Assembly (NCBI GenBank): GCA_043802745.1
Contig: JAZDKU010000006.1
Coordinates: 1-48,531 of the forward strand
Length of the DNA: 48,531 nt
Reading direction: 5' to 3'
DNA from: a bacterium
GTDB lineage: Bacteria; Patescibacteriota; Minisyncoccia; Minisyncoccales; CG1-02-41-26
The translations under genes were made by a program, and so were the position numbers. The first letter of the stretch is position 1. Every line of letters starts with the position of its first letter. Under the pieces are notes generated by a model. It did no database searches. It saw only the letters and a program-made list of their open reading frames with translations, and had not been told where the DNA came from. Shown here in pieces: positions 32,876-40,760 of this stretch.

Positions 32876-33466
32876 TTATTTAAACTTAAGAGATAATAAC
32901 ATCTGGTGAAAAAGATCCAGTAGCTCTTTTTTATCTAACTGTTGATCTAACCCCAACCATATTTCAAAAACTGATCTTCTTTGATAATCTACAAAATAAA
33001 CATTCTGGTAGAAAAACTTTTTCCCTGAAAAAGGTAAAACTTTTTGGGCAACATAAACTTTTTGCCCACACATATCATACTCTTTTGCCTTAAGTTTTTC
33101 TTCAAAAAAACGGCTTACTTGCCCGCTACTTATAACTTCATCAATGCTCTCTCCGCTTCCTGGAGCGATATACCTATTGCTTGGATGAAGAGTCATTATA
33201 ACAAAAGCATAGAAATTTCTAGTTGTAGGAATGAGCATCTTTACATCTCCCCCATCTTCTTGATAATCAAGTACCCAATTCTGAGGATACTTTATTTGAA
33301 AATTATGAGTTGGATGGTCAAAAGTTTTCCAGCTATCGTTTGACTCCCTAGAAGCACAGTCAATAACAAAAAGATTACTATTAGAGTGGCTGCGAAAAAT
33401 AAAAAGCCCAGAAATAATCAAACATAAAATTACACCAATAATAATTAAAGTAGTGTTTTTGTTCAT
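32876..33466 (-). CDS. membrane-anchored hypothetical protein (196 aa)
   Basis: The start is set at the ATG at 33464-33466 (MNKNTTLIIIGVILCL), because the longer track ORF reads through two tRNA genes. The ATG lies 2 nt after the tRNA-Ala 3' end. Confidence 0.55.
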   Translation of the reverse strand: MNKNTTLIIIGVILCLIISGLFIFRSHSNSNLFVIDCASRESNDSWKTFDHPTHNFQIKYPQNWVLDYQEDGGDVKMLIPTTRNFYAFVIMTLHPSNRYIAPGSGESIDEVISSGQVSRFFEEKLKAKEYDMCGQKVYVAQKVLPFSGKKFFYQNVYFVDYQRRSVFEIWLGLDQQLDKKELLDLFHQMLLSLKFK

Positions 33467-33468
33467 AG

Positions 33469-33541
33469 TGGACCCGAGCGGATTCGGACCGCTGACCTCC
33501 TCATTGCAAATGAGGCGCTCTACCAACTGAGCCACGGGCCC
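33469..33541 (-). tRNA. tRNA-Ala (anticodon UGC)
   Basis: GGGCCCGTGGCTCAGTTGGTAGAGCGCCTCATTTGCAATGAGGAGGTCAGCGGTCCGAATCCGCTCGGGTCCA folds as a cloverleaf with the G3:U70 identity pair. No CCA is encoded. The T-loop reads TCCGAAT (C at position 55), which is unusual. Confidence 0.9.
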
Positions 33542-33556
33542 GTGTGGGCTTTCTTG

Positions 33557-33630
33557 TGGGCGTGCGTGGATTCGAACCACGGACCTTCGCTTTATCAGAG
33601 CGACGCTCCAACCAACTGAGCTACACGCCC
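33557..33630 (-). tRNA. tRNA-Ile (anticodon GAU)
   Basis: GGGCGTGTAGCTCAGTTGGTTGGAGCGTCGCTCTGATAAAGCGAAGGTCCGTGGTTCGAATCCACGCACGCCCA has a perfect 7-bp acceptor stem and a CTGATAA anticodon loop. No CCA is encoded. Confidence 0.9.
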
Positions 33631-33673
33631 ATTAGAATAACTTAATGAGTGAAACGAATTTAGTTATTCTTAT
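33631..33673 (-). repeat. conserved hairpin element, copy 3 (abuts G1 of tRNA-Ile)
   Basis: Arms are attagaataact / agttattcttat (11 of 12 positions paired) and the loop is taatgagtgaaacgaattt, identical to copy 2. A GC-rich hairpin lies at 33674-33705 (flanking, upstream in the transcript). Confidence 0.75.
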
Positions 33674-33714
33674 GTCCCGCCGAAGCCTTGGCGTAGGCGG
33701 ACTACTTTGTTCTC

Positions 33715-33743
33715 ATAATACCAAACAATTAAAAATAACTCAA
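33715..33743 (-). promoter_or_regulatory. sigma70-like promoter TTGAGT-17-(TGg)TATTAT upstream of the tRNA-Ile/tRNA-Ala unit
   Basis: On the minus strand: TTGAGT (33743-33738), a 17-nt spacer ending in TGG, and TATTAT (33720-33715). Confidence 0.4.
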
Positions 33744-33773
33744 ACCCCCACACCAAAAACATTGGTGTGGGGG
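33731..33773 (-). terminator. terminator-like hairpin between the 16S gene and the tRNAs
   Basis: Perfect 10-bp stem CCCCCACACC/GGTGTGGGGG (33745-33754 / 33764-33773), followed on the minus strand by TTTGAGTTATTTTT. Confidence 0.4.
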
Positions 33774-33774
33774 T

Positions 33775-33797
33775 GAACAAAAGCAAAATAAGACGAG
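33775..33797 (-). other. 3' strand of the 16S processing stem
   Basis: Pairs with 37079-37101 over 22 bp including one G:U (leader AAACAAAAGUAAAAUAAGACGAG, trailer CUCGUCUUAUUUUGCUUUUGUUC). Confidence 0.7.
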
Positions 33798-33928
33798 CCT
33801 AGGCCGATATTTTGGGCTGTTCGGCCAATACCCGTAAAGTTAAAAATAGAATTCTCAATTTTCAACCTTCATCGACAAAATTAGAATAGAAATGATCCAT
33901 CGACAGCTTCCGCTACCGATGCCTTGTT

Positions 33929-34709
33929 CATGTGTTTTCTCTATATCGCTATAGGGCATGGACTATATCATCACCCTGTTTTTCAGAATACTTATTTTTC
34001 TTGGATGCCACGAACCAATTTTATCAATAAATAATTTTTGGGACTTTGCCAAAATATAAATTCTCCAATAATTTGGATCAATCTTATAACTTGGATTATG
34101 AATTTTGCCTGTTTGAATTCCTAAATCATCTAAAATAAATTTTATCTTCTCAATTTTCGCTTTATCTTTTTGCGTTAATTGAATGTAAAACCTATCTTTT
34201 TTGTTATGAGGAATTCCTCCTTCAGCGTCAAAAAATCCTCTAATGTAAGCTGTTTTTTCTTCTTGCGTTTTTAAATTTTCAGGATTAAATTGAAAATCTA
34301 AAAATTTTGCTAAGGTTTCCAAAACATAAACATCTCTTGTTTTTCCCTCTTTATAAATCCAAGAGGAAAAACCGATTTGTTTTAAAAATTCTCTCAAAAT
34401 CTTTAGCCAATCATCGCCTTTTTGAGAAATTCTAAATCTTCCATTAGAACTAAAAGTTCCATCGTGTATAGCACCGAGAAAGTAAGCCATTATAACTTTC
34501 CGAAAATCAGGGGCTCGGCGTGTAGTCTCTGAGGGGTTAATCCCGATTTTATCGGGACAACTTCCCTGCTGATGATCTGCACCAGAAGCATTTTTACTCA
34601 TAATATAATTATATCACAAGTAGCTCTGGATACTCAGGGATTCCAGCATATAGCCAAGTTTTTCTTAAAAGGTTTCCCTTTTAGGTCGCAACAAACTCTT
34701 TTCGAGTTC
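33929..34709 (-). mobile_element. 16S insertion 2 (intron-like, about 781 nt) in the 1492-region GAAGTCGT/AACAAGG
   Basis: The conserved AAGTCGTAACAAGG is split. The junction is ambiguous by 4 nt because GAAC occurs at both ends. It carries a LAGLIDADG ORF. Confidence 0.75.
33963..34601 (-). CDS. LAGLIDADG homing endonuclease (two-motif type)
   Basis: YFLGAIHDGTF and YIRGFFDAEGGI are two LAGLIDADG-like motifs about 90 aa apart. The true start may be the internal MAYFLG (34490). Confidence 0.7.
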   Translation of the reverse strand: MSKNASGADHQQGSCPDKIGINPSETTRRAPDFRKVIMAYFLGAIHDGTFSSNGRFRISQKGDDWLKILREFLKQIGFSSWIYKEGKTRDVYVLETLAKFLDFQFNPENLKTQEEKTAYIRGFFDAEGGIPHNKKDRFYIQLTQKDKAKIEKIKFILDDLGIQTGKIHNPSYKIDPNYWRIYILAKSQKLFIDKIGSWHPRKISILKNRVMI

Positions 34710-34798
34710 ACGACTTCATCCTGATCATTGAACCCGCCGTAGAACCATAAAAATGGCGCTTTGGGCGTTCCCAACTTTCCTGATGTGACGGGCGGTAT

Positions 34799-35719
34799 TG
34801 GGATCAAAAACATTTTATTGTCCCACACCACTGGGCAAACGGTTTTCCCGTACCCTAGCGGTTTCCAACCGATGTTTCTTGCCTAAAACTCTCATTGCCT
34901 CTTGTAGCTTCTTGATTTCATTAACGCCTTTTATGGTAAGATGTTGTCTCTTTTTTCTTTTTTCCACAATTTTCTTAAAAAGACGGAACCGTTTTGCCTG
35001 TTTGGCCTGTAATGGATTCTTTTCAAAAAACGGAATAAGAATTTCTGAAATTTCATCAAACCTGCTTACTTTGAATTTAACATGAGGATACCAACCGTAT
35101 CGCTCATATTTGCATTCATAAATTTTACCGCAACCAATAGTTTCTTTTATCCTGTGTAGAATTTCCTTGTCGTCATCTCTGAGTTCAATGGAAAATTCCG
35201 GACGAACCAAAACTTTGTTTTTCATGCAGTCGTCTTTATAAATACTAACCCAAAAACTTCCTTCGCCGTCAACGAAACCAGCCACATATTGAGGATGGAG
35301 TTTTTTGATCGGTTGAATTCGTTCCTTCCTCGCCCTAGGGCGAGTACTATGAACTCTGCTGACTTCTTGCAATTGCATAAAATTTAAATTGCTTTAAACT
35401 CTTTTACTGGTGTGGGCTAGCCACAGTTTAATTTTAAACTTTCCAGTAACAAATGCAAGATCTCGCTGGGTCACTAAACAAACTTTCTTCTCTATCTCGA
35501 TGCTTCTACATTTAACAAGATATAATTTAAGGATAGCTTCTCCATGTACTCGCAGGATCGCCATCTTGTTAAACCACAACAAACATTCAAGCTAAAGAAT
35601 GCTACTTTCGCCCTTCATCTTGCCCCTCACGAGACAAAACTGCGATTTCGCTTTTGGAAATCCTTAATTTCCCAAGTTGGATTTTAACCAACTAATTTGA
35701 GTAGCTGCCAGCCACCCGA
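34799..35719 (-). mobile_element. 16S insertion 1 (intron-like, about 921 nt) in the 1391-region TTGTAC/A(C>T)ACCGCCCGTC
   Basis: CCTTGTAC at 35727-35720 is followed by non-rRNA sequence, and ATACCGCCCGTCAC resumes at 34798. It carries a LAGLIDADG ORF. Confidence 0.75.
34815..35378 (-). CDS. LAGLIDADG homing endonuclease (single clear motif)
   Basis: YVAGFVDGEGSFWVSI motif. 187 aa, basic termini. Confidence 0.75.
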   Translation of the reverse strand: MQLQEVSRVHSTRPRARKERIQPIKKLHPQYVAGFVDGEGSFWVSIYKDDCMKNKVLVRPEFSIELRDDDKEILHRIKETIGCGKIYECKYERYGWYPHVKFKVSRFDEISEILIPFFEKNPLQAKQAKRFRLFKKIVEKRKKRQHLTIKGVNEIKKLQEAMRVLGKKHRLETARVRENRLPSGVGQ

Positions 35720-36804
35720 GTACAAGGTCCAGTGACATATTCATCGCCGCATAGCTGATCGGCGATTACTAGCGATTCCAACTTCATGAGGTCGAGTTGC
35801 AGACCTCAATCCGAACTGAGACCGGTTTTGATGGGATTGGCTTCACCTTGCGGTTTCGCAGCCCATTGTACCGGCCATTGTATCACGTGTGCGGCCCAAG
35901 GCATAAAGGCCATGCTGATTTGGCGTCATCCTCATCTTCCTCCACATTAACTGCGGCAGTCCCCCATGACAAATAAAACATAGGGTAAGGGTTGCGCAGG
36001 TTTCCCAATTTAATGGAGCACCTCACGGCACCTGCTGACGACAACCAGGCAGCACCTGTACTAACGGTCTTGCGAGGGCTCGAGTTTCTCCGAGCTTTCC
36101 ATTAGCATGTCAAGCCTTGGTAAGGTTTTCGCTTATCGTCGAATTAAGCCACGTGATCCACCGCTTGTGTAGACCCCCGTCTATTCCTTTGAGTTTCACT
36201 GTTGCCAGTGTACTTCCCAGGCGGGATACTTAACGCGTTAGCTTCACCAGTGGAAGGGTCGATACTTCCACCAATCAGTATCCATCGTTTACAGCGTGGA
36301 GTACAAGGGTATCTAATCCTTTTCCATGCCCACGCTTTCGTCAATCAGCGACAGAGTTGCCCTAGTAAGCTGCCTTCGCTTTTGGTGTTCCATACGATAT
36401 CAACGGATTTCACCCCTACACCGTATGTTCCGCTTACTTCTAGCACCCTCAAGTTTGGAAGTATCTCCAATGAACTTAAAGTTGAGCTCTAAGATTTTAT
36501 CAAAGACTTTCCGAACCGCCTTAAGACTCTTTACGCCCAGTGAATCCGGATAACGCTTGAAGGTCACGTATTACCGCTGCTGCTGGCACGTGATTAGCCC
36601 CTTCTTATTCATAGGGTACTGTCAATAACTTCATCCCCTATAAAAGCGGTTTACAACCCTAAGGTCTTCTTCCCGCACGCGACGTCGCTCCATCAGGCTT
36701 TCGCCCATTGTGGAAGATTCTCGACTGCAGCCTCCCGTAGGAGTATGGCCCGTGTCTCAGTGCCATCGTTGGGGAACACGCTCTCACGCCCCCTACCCGT
36801 CATC

Positions 36805-36847
<43 letters not shown>

Positions 36848-37078
36848 GACCCATCCCAAAACGGATTGCTCCTTTACCCAAAACATTACTGCCTTGGGAC
36901 TATTGGGAATTAGTTCACCTTTCGATGAATTATGCCCAATTTTGGGGTTGGTTATCTGCGTATTACTAACTCGTTCGCCACTGCCACCTTGCGGTGGCCG
37001 TTTGACTTGCATGCCTTATCCACGTCGCCAGCGTTCATCCTGAGCTAGGATCAAACTCTCAAAAAAAATTGAAATAGA

Positions 37079-37101
37079 CTCGTCTTATTTTACTTTTGTT
37101 T
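37079..37101 (-). other. 5' strand of the 16S processing stem
   Basis: Complementary to 33775-33797. See that feature. Confidence 0.7.
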
Positions 37102-37204
37102 GGCTTTTGTTTTTTTGCAATCAGTTGCAAAAATCATTATTAAAAAAATAAGAACAAACCAACTCTCTCATTGGTCGCATTTTCAATTTTACTTATTTAA
37201 TTTC

Positions 37205-37525
37205 CTATGTCAATAGCACGCCAAGTAGCGCTGATACTACGTTCGTAGCTAGGGAAAAAATAATGGCTTTTTTTGTATTTTTTACCACAAAATACCAGGC
37301 AATAATTTCCCCCACCACAACAAGTAGTTCAATAGCAACAAACGGCAAATGATGAATAAAAAGATAATAAGCCCAAGGATGAGTTATTAAATTAATAACA
37401 ATACTTGCAAAAACTAACTTGGCCTTTCTTGTTAAAAATGAGATTATTAACCCCTCAATAATAAAAGTTGCTACTAGTGAAAAAAGATAAGGGTTAGTTT
37501 GAATCAGGGAGCTTAACATTGTCAT
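37205..37525 (-). CDS. small integral membrane protein (106 aa)
   Basis: Three or four TM helices. It overlaps the upstream gene by 32 nt. Confidence 0.45.
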   Translation of the reverse strand: MTMLSSLIQTNPYLFSLVATFIIEGLIISFLTRKAKLVFASIVINLITHPWAYYLFIHHLPFVAIELLVVVGEIIAWYFVVKNTKKAIIFSLATNVVSALLGVLLT

Positions 37526-38354
37526 TTACTTTTGCTAATGATTTTCGCTTGCCAATCAATAAACCCAAAACAAAGATAAAAATTATCAATGAGATATAAG
37601 AGAAAATCTTCCAAGTTGTGTTCAATGAATTATTCAATGGCGCTTCCGGTATTAGAATTGGCAATGGTTTTGGGTTTTTAGGTAAGGATGTTGTCGATGT
37701 TACTTGTACTACTAACGGCTTTTCCTCAAGTGGCGGAATATCAGAAAGCGTGTTGTTTTTCGTAAGACTCGCCTTAAATGCTTTGGCTTCTGGTGAGTCC
37801 AAATCATAACGAAGAATCGGCTCTGAAACGCTCATCAGTAGTTTCTTACTCTGCTTATCCACGCCCTGAAATGTAACTATATAATCTTTGCGAACAACCA
37901 GGCTTGATTCATCCACTATCACTACTTCGTCTCCGTGGGGAAGAATTGCATCAGTTGGGTAAGAATTCAAAAAAGCACTTGAAGTACAGCTAATAGAATA
38001 CCAGTTTCCATAATCACTTAATTCCGACGACAGGCTAATATCAGAAGTATATTCTCTGCTAATTGCAAACGGGTAGGTATAATAATTACCATGCGACTCA
38101 AAACCAAAATCAAATCCGTCATTAATCAGATGAAAGTTTGTCCCTCCCATTGGCTTGTTTATGGAACATTCGGGATACCAAGGTTGAGCGATAATATAAT
38201 CTTTAACCATATCCCAACCTTGAAACTTCACAAGCACACCAACTCCCTTTTGGCCAGGTGCTAAAACATCAGCAGAAACTGGCGTAGTTTTAAATAAACC
38301 TAAGGTCGCGAAAATAGAAACGAAAAACACGAGAGCGCATATTTTTTTAAACAT
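37494..38354 (-). CDS. secreted protein with a C-terminal TM anchor (286 aa)
   Basis: Signal peptide (ALVFFVSIFATLGLF..VSA) and a C-terminal helix (IFSYISLIIFIFVLGLLIG). No motif recognised. Confidence 0.55.
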   Translation of the reverse strand: MFKKICALVFFVSIFATLGLFKTTPVSADVLAPGQKGVGVLVKFQGWDMVKDYIIAQPWYPECSINKPMGGTNFHLINDGFDFGFESHGNYYTYPFAISREYTSDISLSSELSDYGNWYSISCTSSAFLNSYPTDAILPHGDEVVIVDESSLVVRKDYIVTFQGVDKQSKKLLMSVSEPILRYDLDSPEAKAFKASLTKNNTLSDIPPLEEKPLVVQVTSTTSLPKNPKPLPILIPEAPLNNSLNTTWKIFSYISLIIFIFVLGLLIGKRKSLAKVNDNVKLPDSN

Positions 38355-38383
38355 AATTTTAATTTTATTTATCTTAACTTTAT

Positions 38384-39157
38384 TTATAGCTCAATACCAG
38401 CGGGGCAGTGGTCGGAGCCGAGAATGCTGGGTAGAATAAACGCGGATTTTAATTTAGGGTTTAGGTTTTTGGAAATAAAAGCATAATCAATCCGCCAGCC
38501 AACATTATTGGCTCTCGCATTGGCAAACGGCCGCCACCAAGTGTAGTGTCCGCCCTGTTTATTAAAAATTCTAAAAGTGTCCACAAAACCTACTTCCAAA
38601 AGATTAGTAATTTTTTGCCTTTCCTCTTTAGTAAAGCCCACATTTTTCTCATTGGCTTTTGGCCTAGCAATATCCAGCTCGGTATGGGCCACATTAAAGT
38701 CCCCTACTAAAATAATTTTCTCTCCCCTATCCAAATCCTTTTTTAAATAAGCAGTTAAATGGTCATAGGCTTTTAACTTTAAACCAAAAGCCTCTTGTGA
38801 TCTGCCCCCGTTCACAAAATAAAAATTGTAAAGAGTAAATCCGCCAGCTGGCGGATTAAATTTTAATTTTAACACTCTCCCCTCTTTATCAAACTCAGCC
38901 AAGCCAATTTTATTGTCCACATCAAGAGGTTTTTCTTTGCAATACACAGCCACGCCTGAATATCCAGCTTTGTCCGCGGAATTATAATAGGACAAATACT
39001 GGGACATATATGGCATGTCTTTAGGAATATGCTCTGTCCCAGCTTTTATTTCTTGCAAACACAAAATGTCCGGGCTTTCTTTTTCCACAAAACTTTTCAA
39101 AGCCCCTTTTTTATGCACTGCCCTTATCCCATTTATATTCCAAGTAATAATTTTCAT
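38384..39157 (-). CDS. xth: exodeoxyribonuclease III (AP endonuclease)
   Basis: MKIITWNINGIRA, ILCLQEIK, GYSGVAVY, LVGDFNVAH, WWRPFANARANNVGWRIDY and GSDHCP form the full ExoIII motif series. The CDS contains the 20-bp palindrome encoding NPPAGG. Confidence 0.9.
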   Translation of the reverse strand: MKIITWNINGIRAVHKKGALKSFVEKESPDILCLQEIKAGTEHIPKDMPYMSQYLSYYNSADKAGYSGVAVYCKEKPLDVDNKIGLAEFDKEGRVLKLKFNPPAGGFTLYNFYFVNGGRSQEAFGLKLKAYDHLTAYLKKDLDRGEKIILVGDFNVAHTELDIARPKANEKNVGFTKEERQKITNLLEVGFVDTFRIFNKQGGHYTWWRPFANARANNVGWRIDYAFISKNLNPKLKSAFILPSILGSDHCPAGIEL

Positions 39158-39159
39158 TA

Positions 39160-39708
39160 TTATTTTTTATTTAAAATTTCTTGCATTAAGTCTCCGTATT
39201 TTTTATTGGTTATTTCGCTTTCTGGGGCAATTTTTCCTAATAAGCTCAAGCATTCTTGTTTGGCTGGCTCTGTTTCGTCCTGGTTAATAACTGCTTTTTC
39301 AATTTCAATAAAACTGCCTAATTGCTCAACATCATCCAAGCAAATTTCAAAACCATTTAAAGAATAAACTTCTCTTTGCTTATTAACAAAAAAAGCTTGC
39401 TTAAATCCTAGTTTTTCAAAAAATCTCAAGCCTTCTTCCATATTGTCTAAGTTTGCTTTTATCTCAATACCAGCCCCTTTATTTCTTGATATTTCTTTAA
39501 ACTCAAGCCAAATGTTTTGGTCAATCTGCCTTATTCTGGCTGACAAGCCTCCTTCAATAATCATTTTATTTTCATCTAAAAACATTTCATGGCCAAAAAT
39601 TCTATCTTCTTGGTGAACTGACTTTTTTAAAACAGCGCCAATTTCTTTTAGCTTGTTTTGCGTGTCTGCTTTATTATTGATTTTTGCCCTTATTTCAACT
39701 TCAATCAT
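39160..39708 (-). CDS. CYTH domain protein, CyaB-like (class IV adenylate cyclase / triphosphatase)
   Basis: MIEVEIRAKI start, ...SARIRQ..., LEFKE, GIEIKANL and GSFIEIEKAV form the CYTH/CyaB motif series. The start is set at 39708, immediately after the HD gene stop. Confidence 0.7.
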   Translation of the reverse strand: MIEVEIRAKINNKADTQNKLKEIGAVLKKSVHQEDRIFGHEMFLDENKMIIEGGLSARIRQIDQNIWLEFKEISRNKGAGIEIKANLDNMEEGLRFFEKLGFKQAFFVNKQREVYSLNGFEICLDDVEQLGSFIEIEKAVINQDETEPAKQECLSLLGKIAPESEITNKKYGDLMQEILNKK

Positions 39709-40337
39709 ATAGCTTCGTATTCTTTTTTCCACAAAATTCCGCCTTTTTTAAATCCAGCTTTTAAATTAAGTTTAATTTGCAAAAGTAGCTCCCCTAGAGC
39801 TGGAAAATTTTTAACTGATTCATCCGCATAGCCAACAATCAATTCTGGTTTGTCAAAGTATTTATAACCAACCTCACTCAAAAAAGCTAGCGTTTCTAGT
39901 TTATTTATTGCTTTCACAAATTTAGCTTCTTTGGTGGTTGCTTTGTTGTATTCTGTCCATAACTTAAAAACTTCCGCTCCACTTTTTAAGGGCAGCGCTT
40001 TTTGTATTCTCTTAATGGCTCTTTGCTCTCTTTCTTGCTTGGATTTTTCTGAAACTTTTTTTTGGGCAATTAAAACATAGTCAATGTTGCCAACAATACT
40101 TTCAACAATATCGTGAACCAAAGCCATTTTCAAAACTCTCTCTTTATTTAACCTTAAGCCAAACTCGTTAATTATTAAAAAACTCATAAAAGCAGCGCGC
40201 CACGAATGCTCTGCGGCAGAATCTTTGGGCATACCAGCTGTTTCGCTAAACCGCAAAGCAGTTTTCATTTTCCCGGCTTGGCGCAAAAACCCAACAAACT
40301 TTTTTATATTTTTCATAGTTTTAACTTTAAAACTCAA
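39705..40337 (-). CDS. HD-domain phosphohydrolase, YfbR-like (HD_3)
   Basis: SAAEHSWRAAFMSFLI and ALVHDIVESIVGNID match the ..aEHS.. / ..HD..E..tGD.. pattern of YfbR-type 5'-nucleotidases. Confidence 0.65.
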   Translation of the reverse strand: MSFKVKTMKNIKKFVGFLRQAGKMKTALRFSETAGMPKDSAAEHSWRAAFMSFLIINEFGLRLNKERVLKMALVHDIVESIVGNIDYVLIAQKKVSEKSKQEREQRAIKRIQKALPLKSGAEVFKLWTEYNKATTKEAKFVKAINKLETLAFLSEVGYKYFDKPELIVGYADESVKNFPALGELLLQIKLNLKAGFKKGGILWKKEYEAI

Positions 40338-40656
40338 TTTTCCAGTTGTTTCGGGGGGTGAATTTTTTACCCGTAGGCCTGGCTTGTTTTATTTTGCCAA
40401 TAATAAAAGAGTGGCAAGTTTTATTTCGTGAGCCAACAGTGTAAGCATTAAAAATATGGCCTGGGCTTAGCAAATCCTCTCCCCAAACCAAATGCTCCCC
40501 TTCTGGGCCCACATCCGTGGCTAAAGAATACGGCTCAACTTCTCGCCAGCCTGCTTTTTTATGCTCGGTTTTGGGATAGTAAATCTCAACTGTTTCCCTC
40601 TTTTGAGCAGCTTTGGCAATGACAAATAAAATTTTCCGAAAATCCATTATTTCCAT
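40327..40656 (-). CDS. WYL-like domain protein (109 aa)
   Basis: VEIYYPKTEHKKAGWREVEPYSLA...HLVWGEDL...FNAYTVGSRNKTCHSFIIGKIKQARPTGKKFTPR follows the WYL-domain pattern (R.v.Py.l ... r.F.l.rI ... F.pr). No HTH is attached. Confidence 0.45.
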   Translation of the reverse strand: MEIMDFRKILFVIAKAAQKRETVEIYYPKTEHKKAGWREVEPYSLATDVGPEGEHLVWGEDLLSPGHIFNAYTVGSRNKTCHSFIIGKIKQARPTGKKFTPRNNWKIEF

Positions 40657-40720
40657 ATTTTTATTCTACCACTTACTTTATTTTCAAGCAAAACCATGCC
40701 TTTACATAAAGCTACGGCAG

Positions 40721-40746
40721 ATAAAACAAAAACGCCCTTGCGGACG
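40721..40746 (-). terminator. rho-independent terminator
   Basis: On the minus strand: CGTCC-GCAA-GGGCG followed by TTTTTGTTTTAT. Confidence 0.55.
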
Positions 40747-40760
40747 TTAAGTTGACTCAT

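Noticed and set aside
33467-33580. N-terminal 38 codons of track ORF 32876..33580
   Set aside because: This stretch is the reverse-strand reading of tRNA-Ala and part of tRNA-Ile (…PVAQLVERLICNEEVSGPNPLGST). The real CDS starts at the ATG at 33466.
34634-35085. Track ORFs 34634..34831 and 34798..35085
   Set aside because: The first spans 16S exon 2 and intron flanks. The second is antisense to the LAGLIDADG gene.
37102-37204. 16S promoter
   Set aside because: Only weak candidates are present (TTGGTT-17-TAATGA and a TTGCAA-N4-TTGCAA repeat). None is convincing enough to annotate.
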